A stretch of DNA of 64,000 nucleotides from Burkholderiales bacterium (lineage in GTDB: Bacteria > Pseudomonadota > Gammaproteobacteria > Burkholderiales > SG8-39): contig JAVQZY010000017.1 in NCBI GenBank assembly GCA_033582675.1, positions 26,405 through 90,404 on the forward strand. The letters are read 5' to 3'. Of this stretch, positions 9,484 to 20,296 are shown piece after piece (positions within the stretch are counted from its first letter, which is position 1; the number at the start of each line of letters is the position of its first letter). A program made the position numbers and the translations under genes. The notes beneath the pieces are model-generated. The model was not told the DNA's origin. It saw only the letters and a list, made by a program, of their open reading frames with translations, and ran no database searches.

Positions 9484-10596
9484 ATGGCGAAGGCGAACGC
9501 GCGGCCGATCCGCCGTATCGCGATCAGCACCGGCGGCGGCGACGCGCCCGGCCTGAACGCGGTGATCCGCGGCGCCGTGCTCACCGCGCGGCACTACGGC
9601 TGGGAATGCGTCGGCATCCGCGACAGCTACGACGGCCTGCTCGAGCCGATGCGCGGCGGTGGCCTCGTACCGCTCACGCCCGAGCGGGTCGAAGGCATCA
9701 CCTGGCTCGGCGGTACGATCCTCGGGACCACGAACGCCGGCAATCCGTTCCGTTACCCGGTGCGCCGGACCGACGGCAAGATCGTGCTGCGCGACCGCTC
9801 CGACGAGCTGATGCGCGCCTTCCGGCGCGAGGGCATCGACGCGCTCGTCGCGATCGGCGGCGACGGGTCGCTTTCGATCGCGCACGGGCTCGCGAAAAAG
9901 GGCCTGCGGGTCGTCGGCGTGCCGAAAACGATCGACAACGATCTCGCGCACACCGTCATCACCTTCGGCTTCGACACGGCGGTCTCGTTCGCCACCGAAT
10001 GCATCGAGCGGCTGCACAGCACCGCCGCCTCGCACCGGCGCGTGATCGTGGTCGAGGTGATGGGGCGCTACGCCGGCTGGATCGCGCTGAACGCCGGGGT
10101 CGCAGCCGACGCGCACGCGATCCTCATCCCCGAGATACCGTTCGACGTCGACAAGGTCGCGGCTGCGCTTCGCGCGCGCGAGGCAGCCGGGCAGAACTAC
10201 TCGATCGTCGTCGTCGCCGAAGGCGCGCGGCCGAAGGGCGGCGCGCGCGCGATCGTCGAGCAGCGGCTCGGCGGCGGCGAGCGTCTCGGCGGCATCGGCG
10301 AGCGCGTGGCGAAGGCGCTCGCGCCGCGCACCGGCAAGGAGACGCGCCACGTCGTGCTCGGACACCTTCTGCGCGGCGGCTCGCCGACGACGTTCGATCG
10401 GCTGATTTCGCTGCGCTTCGGGGCGGCGGCGGTTCGCGCCCTCGCCGAGGGGCGGCGCGGCGTCATGGTCGCGCTCGATCCGCCGAGCGTGCGCTACGTG
10501 CCGCTTTCGCGCGTCGCGCGCCGCATCCGCCGCGTGCCGGCCAACTCCGACACGGTGCGCACCGCGCGCGGCCTCGGCATCTGCTTCGGCGACTGA
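9484..10596 (+). CDS. pfkA: 6-phosphofructokinase (PfkA family, GGDG/PKTIDND type)
   Basis: TGGGDAPGLNA, GGTILGT, IGGDGS, PKTIDNDL, GFDTA, EVMGRYAGWIA, LGHLLRGG; SD AGGAGG; candidate -10 TAAGAT at 9443-9448. Confidence 0.93.
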   Translation: MAKANARPIRRIAISTGGGDAPGLNAVIRGAVLTARHYGWECVGIRDSYDGLLEPMRGGGLVPLTPERVEGITWLGGTILGTTNAGNPFRYPVRRTDGKIVLRDRSDELMRAFRREGIDALVAIGGDGSLSIAHGLAKKGLRVVGVPKTIDNDLAHTVITFGFDTAVSFATECIERLHSTAASHRRVIVVEVMGRYAGWIALNAGVAADAHAILIPEIPFDVDKVAAALRAREAAGQNYSIVVVAEGARPKGGARAIVEQRLGGGERLGGIGERVAKALAPRTGKETRHVVLGHLLRGGSPTTFDRLISLRFGAAAVRALAEGRRGVMVALDPPSVRYVPLSRVARRIRRVPANSDTVRTARGLGICFGD

Positions 10597-10607
10597 CCGG
10601 GCGCGGT

Positions 10608-13600
10608 TCAGACGAGCCGGCGCGCGCGCGCCAGCTCGGGCAGGCAGTGCGCGAGCCAGCGCGCGGTGAGCTTTTCGGCGAGCGAGTTCTGGCGCAAGCG
10701 GTCGTTGAGCGCCTTGAAGTCCACGCGGTCGAGGTCCTGGTCCTGGTCGAAGCAGGAGAAGACGACGCGCGTCTCCCCGGTCGCGGGATCGCGATGTAGC
10801 TGCAGGCACTGCGCGCAGATCTCTTTCATCATGCACTGCATCGGCGAGTTGATCGAGCCGATCGCGAGGTGCTGCGGTTTCAGGTGCGCGCGCAGCACCT
10901 CGTGGCGCGCGCGCGCGACCGCGGCCATCATTCGATCGGAGCCGATCGCGATGATGCGGTCGGCCTCCTCCAGCCGGATCGTCGGCTCGCCGAGGCGGCC
11001 TTCGGCGTAGGCGTCCATCGCCTGCACCAGGTTGCCGACGAACGCCCGGTCCTGCGGTCGGCCCGGCGCGAAACCCGGCGCCTCGTCGCAGCACCAGACG
11101 ACGACGTCGGCCGCCTGCTCGATCTCGGCCACCTTGTAGCGGTCCGCGACCCGCTTGTAGCCGGCGAAGTAGAGCACGCGGGAGCCGGCCGCGCGCAGCG
11201 CCGCGCCGATCGAAAAGAGCACCGCGTTGCCGAGCCCGCCGCCGCAGAGCACCACGGTTTCGCCGCCGGCGATGCGGGTGGGCGACCCCGTCGGTCCCAT
11301 CAGGACCACGGGCTCGCCGGGCTGAAGCATCGCGCACAGGTTGCTCGAGCCGCCCATCTCCAACGCGATCACCGACACCAGCCCGCGGTCCGGATCGACC
11401 CAGGCGCCCGTCATCGCGAGCCCTTCCATCTGCATGCGGGTACCGCAGACGAGCGGGGCGAGCGTCTCGAAGTTCTGCAGGCGAAAGAACTGCCCGGGCC
11501 GGAAGTTGCGCGCGGCGAACGGCGCGCGCACCTGCACCTCGACGATCGTCGGCGTCAGGCGCTCGACGCGCTCGACGGTGGCGAGCAGCGCCGCCGCGAG
11601 GCGCGCGAAAAACGCCTCGCGCGGCATCGGGCTTGCGGCCGCGCGCCTTGCGAGCACGCGCGAGACGAGCCGGTAGCCCTGCTTGGCCGAGGCCATTGCC
11701 TTCACCACATTGCCGAAGTAGGAGGGGTGCACGTCGCCGAAGAAGCTGACGAACCGGCCGTCGGGCTCGCGCGCAAGGAGCACGTGCGGCGCGCGCGGCT
11801 TCGCGCTCGCCGGCTCCGGGCGCACCGGGCGTCTCTTCCTCGTCGCAGGCCGCGAAATACTTTCCGTCCAGGCGAAACGGCGCGCCGTGCTCGCGCGCAA
11901 GTACGGTGTTCGGCTGTGTGCCGGCGGCGACGAACACGGTGCGCGCGGGCAGGCGCTGCTCCCGGCCGCTCGGCTGATGGCGCATCACGATAGCGCACGC
12001 GGCGCCGTAGTGATCGACTTCGATCGCGACCGGCACGAGCTGCTCGGCGAACCAGACGCCCTCCTCGAGCGCCTTGTGCACCTCCTCGTGATTGAGCGTG
12101 TAGGCCGGGCTGTCGACGAGCCGGCGCCGGTAGGCGATGGTGACGCCGCCCCAGTGCTGCAGCAGCTCGACGATGCGCGGCGCGCGGCCTTCGCGCGCCG
12201 CCTGCGCGCGCTCGGCGCGGATCGCGCGCGCGTGGGCGAGGAATTCCTCCGCGGTTTCGCGCTCGTCGTCATCCCACCCCTCGCGCACCGCCGCCTCGCC
12301 GCGGCACGGCGGCGAGCGCCTCGTAGCGCGCGAGGAACTTCTCGACCTGCACGACGTAGTAGGCGAGCGATTCGGTCGCGGTGTCGATCGCGGTGAGCCC
12401 GCCGCCCACCACCACCACCGGAAGCCGCAGCTGCATGTTGGCGATCGAGTCGGCCTTCGCCGCGCCGGTGAGCTGCAGCGCCATCAGGAAGTCAGACGCC
12501 GCGCGCACGCCGCGCGCAAGGCCGTTCGGGATGTCGAGGACCGTCGGCCGGCCGGCGCCGACGCACAGCGCGACGTGGTCGAAGCCGAGCGCTCCAGGCG
12601 TCCTCGAGCGTCAGCGTGCCGCCGAAGCGCACGCCGCCGAACATCGCGAACTGCGCGCGCCGCTCGAGCAGCAGGCGCACGATCTTCAGGAAGTTCTTGT
12701 CCCAGCGCACGGTGATGCCGTACTCGGCCACGCCGCCGAAGCCGGCCATCACGCGCGCCTCGAGCGGCTCGTGCAGCTCGCGTACGTCGCGGATCAGGCG
12801 AAACGGCACGCGGTCGCCCGGCGGCGTCGACGCCGCTCAGATCCGGGGCGAGCGGCTCGATCTTCAGGCCGTCGATCCGACGACCACGGTGTGCCCGTCG
12901 TTCATCAGATGGTGCGCGAGCGTGAAGCCGGCGGGTCCCAGGCCGACGACGAGCACCTTTTTTCCGGTTTCGGGCAGCGGCAGCGGGCGGCGCAGGTCGA
13001 GGGGGTTCCAGCGCGTGAGCAGCGAGTAGATCTCGAAGCCCCAGGGCAGCTCGAGCACGTCCTTGAGCGTCCGCGTCTCGGCCTGCGGGATGTCGACCGG
13101 CGTCTGCTTCTGGTAGATGCACGCCTTCATGCAGTCGTTGCAGATGCGATGGCCGGTCGCCGCCACCATCGGGTTGTCGACGCAGATCATCGCGAGCGCG
13201 GCGAGCGGGTGCCCCTGCGCCTTCAGCATGTGGAATTCGGAGATGCGCTCTTCCAGCGGGCAGCCGGCGAGCGGCACGCCGAACACGCTGCGGCGAAAGC
13301 CCTCGGCCGGGGGCTTTTCGCGCAGCCCCTTCGAGCACGAGTCCTTGCCCTGCTCGTGACACCAGATGCAGTAATTCGCCTGGTCGAGCGCGCCGGCGAG
13401 ATCGGTCCCCGGATCGGTGAGCGCGAAGCCCTCGCGCCGGCGCAGATGCGAAAGGCGGTGGCGCGCAAAGCCCTGTACGGTGTCGGTCTCGACCGGGACC
13501 AGACGCATCGGGTCGAGCTTCTGCGGCGCCTTGAAGAGCACGCCCGCGCCGTGGCGCGCGCGCCCGGCCGTCGGTGCGTCACCGCCCAGCAGGCGTAGCG

Positions 13601-14068
13601 CGCGGCCGCCTCGAGCGCCTCGGCGTTCGCCGACCTCGTCGGCGAGCCAGCGGCTCACCTGCTGCGCGAACTCGAGCTCGCGTGAACGGCCACGGCAGCA
13701 GGCGCTCGAGCGGCTCTGGCGAGGCGTCCTCGGGCCTGACCTTGTGCAGCGCGCGCCGCTGGACGAAATTGCGCTTCACCGACCACAGCGGCGCGAAGCG
13801 CGTGGTGCCGCGCCGCGAGCGCCTGCGCCTCGGCGACGATGCCGAAAAGGCGCGCGAGGAAATCCTCCAGGTGCGGCGCGAGCGCGAGCAGCAGCGCCGA
13901 TTCGTCCTTCGGCGCGAGCGCCTGCGGCGCCGCGCGCGCGGCGGCGAGGCGCTCGGCGAGCGCCGGCGCGGCGTCGGCGAGGAACGCGAGGAAGCGCGCG
14001 TCGAGGCGCGCCAGACCTTCGCGGCTGTAGAGCTCCTGCGGCGCGGGGGGGGAGTCGGCGGCGGTCAC
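10608..14068 (-). CDS. Large Fe-S flavoprotein: GltD/NfnB-like module fused to a C-terminal PyrK/NfnA-like FNR module (about 10 frameshifts)
   Basis: [52 protein letters not shown], then [36 protein letters not shown]. Start taken as GTG at 14068 (uncertain). Confidence 0.85.
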
Positions 14069-14157
14069 GCGCGCAGCGGCGGCGATCGTTTGGGCATCCA
14101 ACGATTATACGGGCGCGGCGCGCCGTGCTAGCATCGCGCCCTCGACACGGAGGGCGT

Positions 14158-14922
14158 ATGCAGGTGAAGAACAGCGTGTTTCTCGTCACCGGCGGCGCGT
14201 CGGGGCTCGGCGCGGCGACCGCGCGCATGGCGGCCGAAGGCGGCGCGAAAGTCGTCATCGCCGACCTGCAGAGCGAAGCGGGCGAAAAGCTCGCGCGCGA
14301 GATCGGCGGCCGCTTCGTGCGCTGCGACGTCGCGTCGGAAGCCGACGGCCAGGCGGCGGTGGACATGCGCAGTTGCGCGAATTCGGCGGCCTGCACGTGC
14401 TCGTCAACTGCGCCGGTATCGGCACTGCGGAGCGCACGATCGGCAAGGACCGGCCGCACGACCTCGCGCATTTCGTGCGCGTGATCACCGTCAACCTGAT
14501 CGGCACGTTCAACATGATCCGGCTCGCGGCGTTCGCGATGGCGAAGGGCACGCCGAACGCCGCCGGCGAGCGCGGCGTGATCGTGAACACCGCCTCGGTC
14601 GCCGCGTTCGACGGGCAGATCGGCCAGGCGGCCTACTCGGCGTCGAAGGGCGGGGTGGTCGGCATGACGCTGCCGGTCGCGCGCGACCTCGCGCGCAACG
14701 GCGATCCGCGTCTGCACCATCGCGCCCGGCATCTTCGAGACGCCGATGCTCCTCGGCATGCCGAAGGAGGTGCAGGAATCGCTCGCCAGGCAGGTGCCGT
14801 TTCCGTCGCGCCTCGGCCGACCGTCCGAGTACGCCCAGCTCGCGCTCCACATCGTCGAGAACGAGATGCTGAACGGCGAGACGATCCGGCTGGACGGCGC
14901 GATCCGCATGGCGCCGCGGTAG
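14158..14922 (+). CDS. 3-hydroxyacyl-CoA dehydrogenase type II (HSD17B10-like SDR), frameshifted
   Basis: [74 protein letters not shown]. Shifts near 14370 and 14700. Confidence 0.93.
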
Positions 14923-14994
14923 CAAGCCCAGCGGGTGGCGATCCCGGCCAGCGAGCGCTCGAGCGATGCGGCAGCCGGCGGGGGCGCGCGCCGC

Positions 14995-15540
14995 TCAGCG
15001 TGCAGACGGCGGCAGCGGTTCTTCGCGCAACCGGGCGCGGTAGAACGCCGCACGCTCGACGTAGCTTTCGGCCACCTGCGCGAGCCGCAGGCGTTCCTCC
15101 GGGCGCAGCTCGCGCACCACGCGCGCGGGCGAGCCGAGCGCGAGCACGCCCGGCGGGATTTCGCGGCCCTCGGGCACGAGCGCGTTCGCGCCGACGAGCG
15201 CACCGGCGCCGATGCGCGCGCCGTTCAGCACCACCGCGTTGATGCCGACGAGCGCGCCGTCGCCGACCGTGCAGCCGTGCAGCATCGCCTTGTGGCCGAC
15301 CGAGACGCCGGCGCCGAGCGTGAGCGGAAAGCCCGGGTCGACGTGCAGCACCGCGCCGTCCTGGATGTTCGAGCGCGGGCCGACGTGGATGCGCTCGTTG
15401 TCGGCGCGCAGCACCGCGCCGAACCACACGCTCGCGTCCTCCTCCAGCACGATCGCACCGGCGAGGGTCGCGTTCCAGGCGACGAAGTGGCGCGCGCCGC
15501 GGAACTCGACGCGCCGCTCGCCTACGCGGAACACAGGCAT
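14995..15540 (-). CDS. Gamma carbonic anhydrase family protein (YrdA-like)
   Basis: [33 protein letters not shown] (three Zn-ligand His residues); hexapeptide repeats. Confidence 0.93.
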   Translation of the reverse strand: MPVFRVGERRVEFRGARHFVAWNATLAGAIVLEEDASVWFGAVLRADNERIHVGPRSNIQDGAVLHVDPGFPLTLGAGVSVGHKAMLHGCTVGDGALVGINAVVLNGARIGAGALVGANALVPEGREIPPGVLALGSPARVVRELRPEERLRLAQVAESYVERAAFYRARLREEPLPPSAR

Positions 15541-15563
15541 CGGGCCGCTATGATAGCGGCCCG
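15541..15563. promoter_or_regulatory. Perfect inverted repeat filling the 24-bp divergent intergenic region; overlapping -10 elements
   Basis: CGGGCCGCTAT-G-ATAGCGGCCCG; TATGAT on plus, TATCAT on minus. Confidence 0.65.
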
Positions 15564-15564
15564 C

Positions 15565-16434
15565 ATGCGCGCGAGCGAATCGCTTTTTTTCGAGATCCGG
15601 GGCCTGCGCTACCACGTGCGCCGCTGGCCGGGCGAGCGCACGCCGCCGCTCGTGCTGCTGCACGGCTGGATGGACGTGTCGGCGTCGTTCCAGTTCCTCG
15701 TCGACGCGCTCGCGCCGCACTGGGACGTGTACGCGCCCGACTGGCGGGGCTACGGCCTTACCGAATGGAGCGGGGCCGACAGCTACTGGTTTCCCGACTA
15801 TCTCGCCGACCTCGACGCGCTGCTCGAGCGCCTGAGCCCGCAGGCGCCGGTGCATCTGGTCGGCCACAGCCTGGGCGGCAACGTCGCGGCGCTCTATGCC
15901 GGCGTGCGACCCGAGCGCGTGGCGACGCTCGTCAATCTGGAGGGCTTCGGACTTGCGCCGACGCGGCCGGAGCAGGCGCCGGCGCGCCTGCGGCGCTGGC
16001 TGCAGGAGCTGCGCGCGCCGCCGCGCCTGCGCGCCTATCCGAGCTTTTCCGCGCTCGCCGACCGACTGCAGGCGAACAACCCGCGCCTTGCGCGCGAGCG
16101 CGCCGAGTTTCTCGCGCGCCACTGGGGTCGCGTCGAGCCGGACGGCACGGTGACGCTGCGCGCCGATCCGGCGCACAAGGTCGTCAACCCGGTGCTCTAC
16201 CGCTACGAGGAGGCGCGTGCCCTCTGGCGCGAGGTCGCCGCGCCGGTGCTCTGGGTCGAGGCGAGCGACAGCGACAGCGCGCAGCGCATGAAGCTTGCGC
16301 CCGAAGCGCTCGCCGAGCGGCGCGCGGCGTTCCGGCGCCTGCGCTACGAGACGATCCCCGACGCCGGCCACATGCTGCACCACGACCAGCCGGCGCGCCT
16401 TGCGCGCCTGATCGAGGACTTTCTCGGCGCGTAG
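15565..16434 (+). CDS. Alpha/beta hydrolase
   Basis: LLHGWMD, APDWRGYG, GHSLGG nucleophile elbow, AGHMLHHD. Confidence 0.93.
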   Translation: MRASESLFFEIRGLRYHVRRWPGERTPPLVLLHGWMDVSASFQFLVDALAPHWDVYAPDWRGYGLTEWSGADSYWFPDYLADLDALLERLSPQAPVHLVGHSLGGNVAALYAGVRPERVATLVNLEGFGLAPTRPEQAPARLRRWLQELRAPPRLRAYPSFSALADRLQANNPRLARERAEFLARHWGRVEPDGTVTLRADPAHKVVNPVLYRYEEARALWREVAAPVLWVEASDSDSAQRMKLAPEALAERRAAFRRLRYETIPDAGHMLHHDQPARLARLIEDFLGA

Positions 16435-17061
16435 TGGCGCAGTACTTCCGCATCCATCCGACGCACCCGCAGCCGCGGCTCCTCAAGCAGGCGGCGGCGA
16501 TCGTGCGCGCGCGGCGGCCTGCTCGCGTACCCGACCGACTCTTGCTACGCGCTCGGTTGCCGGCTCGGCGATGCGCGCGCGCTCGCGCGGCTGCGGGCGT
16601 TGCGCGGCGTGGACGACAGGCACCTTTTCACGCTCGTGTGCCGCGACCTCGCCGAGATCGGGACGTACGCGATCGTGGACAACATCCAGTACCGGCTGCT
16701 GCGCGCGCTCACGCCCGGCAGCTTCACGTTTCTGCTGCGCGCGACGCGCGAAGTGCCGCGCCGTCTGCATGCGCGGCGCCGTACGATCGGCGTGCGCGTG
16801 CCCGATCATCCGGTCGCGCAGGCGCTGCTTGCCGCGCTCGGCGAGCCGCTGCTGTCGGCGACGCTCGTGCTGCCGGGCGAGCCGCAGCCGCTCGACGATC
16901 CGGCCGAGATCCGCGCGCGTCTGGAGCACGCGCTCGACCTCGTCATCGACAGCGGCCCCTGCGGCGTCGAGCCGACGACGGTCGTCGACCTTTCGGGCGC
17001 CGAGCCGGTCGTCGTGCGTCGCGGGAAGGGCGCGGAGCGTCTGTTAAAATTCGCCGCATAG
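16434..17061 (+). CDS. yciO: Sua5/YciO/YrdC family protein (YciO-type), frameshift near 16510
   Basis: AQYFRIHPTHPQPRLL, YPTDSCYALGC, LTPGSFTFLL, TIGVRVPD, PTTVVDL; yciO-type context before trpS/scpAB/rluB. Confidence 0.85.
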
Positions 17062-17727
17062 ATGGACGTCAACGCGCTCGTTCAGAATGTCGCCATCTAT
17101 GCGCTCCCGGTCCTGTTCGCGATCACGCTGCACGAGGCGGCGCACGGATTTGTAGCGCGCCGCTTCGGCGACATGACCGCCCACGCGCAGGGGCGCGTCA
17201 GCTTGAACCCGCTGCGTCACATCGATCCGGTCGGCACGGTCCTCGTGCCGGTGCTGATCCTCGCCGCGAGCAAGCTGCTCGGCGGGCCCGGGATGCTCTT
17301 CGGCTGGGCGAGACCGGTGCCGGTGAACTACTCCGCCCTGCGTCGCCCGCGGCAGCACATGCTGTGGGTCGCGGCCGCCGGTCCGGGCGCGAACCTCGCG
17401 ATGGCGCTCGGCTGGGCGGCGATCTTCAAGCTCGCCGACGCGCTGCCGGCGAACTATTTCACCGAGCCGGCGCTGCGCATGGGCCAGGCCGGGATCGAGG
17501 TGAACGTCGTGCTGATGCTCCTCAACCTGCTGCCGATCCTACCGCTCGACGGCGGGCGCATCGTCGCGAGCCTGCTGCCGGCGCGGCTCGCATGGCGCTA
17601 CGCGAAGCTCGAGCCGTGGGGCTTTCCGATCCTGCTCGTGCTGCTGTTCACGAGCGCGCTCGGCGTCATCCTCGCGCCGATGGTCGCGTTCTCCTACCGG
17701 CTGATCGGCACGGTGTTCCAGATCTGA
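17062..17727 (+). CDS. Site-2 protease family (M50) membrane metalloprotease
   Basis: TLHEAAHG (HExxH), NPLRHIDP, AGPGAN, NLLPILPLDGG. Confidence 0.93.
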   Translation: MDVNALVQNVAIYALPVLFAITLHEAAHGFVARRFGDMTAHAQGRVSLNPLRHIDPVGTVLVPVLILAASKLLGGPGMLFGWARPVPVNYSALRRPRQHMLWVAAAGPGANLAMALGWAAIFKLADALPANYFTEPALRMGQAGIEVNVVLMLLNLLPILPLDGGRIVASLLPARLAWRYAKLEPWGFPILLVLLFTSALGVILAPMVAFSYRLIGTVFQI

Positions 17728-18929
17728 TGTACGAAACGCGCGTCCTCTCGGGCATGCGCCCCACGGGGCCGCTGCATCTCGGGCACTACCACGGCGTGCT
17801 CAAGAACTGGGTGCGTCTCCAGGCCGAGTATCCGTGCCTGTTCTTCGTCGCCGACTGGCACGCGCTCACCACCGACTACGAGCGGCCGGGCGACGTGCCG
17901 AAGAACGCGCGCGAAATGGTGGTGGACTGGCTCGCCGCCGGCGTCGACCCCACGCAGGCGACGCTCTTCGTGCAGTCGCAGGTGCCCGAGCACGCGGAGC
18001 TGCATCTGTTGCTCTCGATGATCGCGCCGCTCGGGTGGCTTGAGCGCGTGCCGACGTGGAAGGATCAGCAGGAGAGACTCGCCGACCGCGACCTCTCGAC
18101 CTACGGCTTTCTCGGCTATCCGCTGCTTCAGGCGGCCGACATCCTCATCTACCGCGCGCGCTACGTGCCGGTCGGCGAAGACCAGGTGCCGCACATCGAG
18201 TTCACGCGCGAGATCGCGCGCCGCTTCAACCATCTTTACGGGCGCGAACCGGGCTTCGAGGAAAAAGCGAAGGCCGCGGTCAAGCGCATGGGTTCGAAGA
18301 AGGCGCGCCTGTTCAACGAGCTGCGCCGCAAGTTCCTCGAGGCGGGCGACGCCGAGGCGCGCGCGCGGGCGCACGCGCTTCTTGCCGAGCAGCAGAACCT
18401 GTCGCGCGGCGACCGCGAGCGGCTCTACGGCTGGCTGGAAGGCGGCGGCCGGCGCATCCTCGTCGAGCCGGAAGCGCTGCTCACCGAAGCGGCGCGGCTG
18501 CCGGGACTCGACGGCCAGAAGATGTCGAAGAGCTACGGCAACGCGATCGAGCTGCGCGAGCCGCCCGACTCGGTCGCGAAGAAGATCCGCACGATGCCGA
18601 CCGACCCGGCGCGGGTCAAGCGCAGCGACCCCGGCAACCCGGAGCGCTGCCCGGTGTGGGAGCTGCACAAGGTGTATTCCGACGAGGCGCGCCGCGCCTG
18701 GGTGCGCGAAGGCTGTACGAGCGCCGGCATCGGCTGCCTCGAGTGCAAGCAGCCGCTGATCGAGGCGGTGCTCGCGGAACTCGCGCCGATCCGCGAACGC
18801 GCGCAGGCCTATCTCGAGGACCCGACGCTCGTGCGCAACGTCCTCGCCGACGGCTGCGAGCGCGCGCGCGAACTGGCCGCCGAGACGATGCGCGACGTGC
18901 GCGAGGCGATGGGACTCGGCTATGACTAG
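17727..18929 (+). CDS. trpS: Tryptophan--tRNA ligase
   Basis: [33 protein letters not shown]. Confidence 0.97.
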   Translation: MYETRVLSGMRPTGPLHLGHYHGVLKNWVRLQAEYPCLFFVADWHALTTDYERPGDVPKNAREMVVDWLAAGVDPTQATLFVQSQVPEHAELHLLLSMIAPLGWLERVPTWKDQQERLADRDLSTYGFLGYPLLQAADILIYRARYVPVGEDQVPHIEFTREIARRFNHLYGREPGFEEKAKAAVKRMGSKKARLFNELRRKFLEAGDAEARARAHALLAEQQNLSRGDRERLYGWLEGGGRRILVEPEALLTEAARLPGLDGQKMSKSYGNAIELREPPDSVAKKIRTMPTDPARVKRSDPGNPERCPVWELHKVYSDEARRAWVREGCTSAGIGCLECKQPLIEAVLAELAPIRERAQAYLEDPTLVRNVLADGCERARELAAETMRDVREAMGLGYD

Positions 18930-19714
18930 CTCGGCGCCGGTCGCGCGGCTCTACGGCACGCCGATCGAGACCCTGCCGCCCGACCTCTACATTCCGCCGG
19001 ACGCGCTCGAGGTGATGCTCGAGGCGTTCCAGGGGCCGCTCGATCTGCTGCTCTACCTCATCCGGCGCCAGAACATGAACATCCTCGACATCCCGATGGC
19101 GCCGCTCACGCGCCAGTACCTCGACTACGTCGAGCTGATGCGCCGGCGCAATCTGGAGCTCGCCGCCGAATACCTCGTCATGGCGGCGATCCTGATGGAG
19201 ATCAAGTCGCGCATGCTGCTGCCGCGGCCGCCGGCGACCGAGGCGGAGGAGACGGCGGACCCGCGCGCCGAACTCGTGCGCCGGCTGCTCGAGTACGAGA
19301 AGATGAAGCTCGCGGCGCGCAAGCTCGACGAGCTGCCGCAGCTCGGGCGCGACCTGTTCGCGGTCGCGGTCGCCGTCGAGCGCGAGGCGGTCGTGCGGCT
19401 GCCGCAGGTGCACGCGCGCGACCTCGCGCGAGGCCTGGCGCGCGCTGCTCGCGCGCGCGCGGCTGCGCGCGCACCACACGGTGACGCGGGAGGCGCTGTC
19501 GGTGCGCGAGTACATGAGCCGGATCCTGCGCAGCCTGCGCGTGCACCGGGTGCTCGAATTCGCGGAGCTCTTCGACCCGGCGCGCGGCGTCGCGGTGCTC
19601 GTCGTCACCTTCCTCGCGCTGCTCGAGCTCGCGCGCGAAGCGCTCGTCGAAATCACGCAATCGGGTGCGTTCGCGCCGATCTACGTGCGCCTTGCCGATG
19701 CTCAGCCCCACTGA
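18922..19714 (+). CDS. scpA: Segregation and condensation protein A (kleisin), frameshift near 19435
   Basis: [55 protein letters not shown]. Confidence 0.93.
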
Positions 19715-20296
19715 GGCAAAGCGCATCCTCGAGGCGGCGCTGCTCGCCTCGCCCGAGCCGGTTCCGCTCGCCGATCTGCGGCGGCTGTTCGACGGCCAGA
19801 TCGGCGCCGACACGATCCGCCGGCTGCTCGAGGAGCTGCGTGCGGACTGGGCCGAGCGCGCGGTCGAACTGGTTCAGCTCGCCGGCGGCTGGCGCTTCCA
19901 GACGCGGCAGGGAATTCCTGCCGTTCCTTGCGCGCCTGCACCCGGAAAAGCCGCCGCGGTACTCCCGCGCGGTGCTGGAAACGCTCGCGATCATCGCCTA
20001 CCGCCAGCCGGTGACCCGCGGCGATATCGAGGAGATCCGCGGCGTGTCGGTGTCGGCGCAGATCCTTCAGACCCTCGAGGCGCGTGGCTGGATCGACGTC
20101 GTCGGCCATCGCGACACGCCGGGACGGCCGGCGCTGTACGGCGACGACGACGCGCTTCCTGGACGACCTCGGCCTGCGTTCGCTGGAAGAACTGCCGCCG
20201 CTCGAGGAGATCGCGAGGACCCTTGAGCTCGAAGCCCCCGCGGCGCAGCCCGCCGCCGAAGAGCCGGTCGACGTCCGCCCCGTCGGCGCCGAGTAG
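19698..20296 (+). CDS. scpB: Segregation and condensation protein B, frameshifts near 19910 and 20140
   Basis: [69 protein letters not shown]. Confidence 0.93.

Noticed and set aside
15765..18929. 1054-aa ORF suggesting a TrpRS fusion
   Set aside because: Only 16434-16510 (the yciO start) and 17727-18929 (trpS) are real; the rest is an off-frame of other genes.
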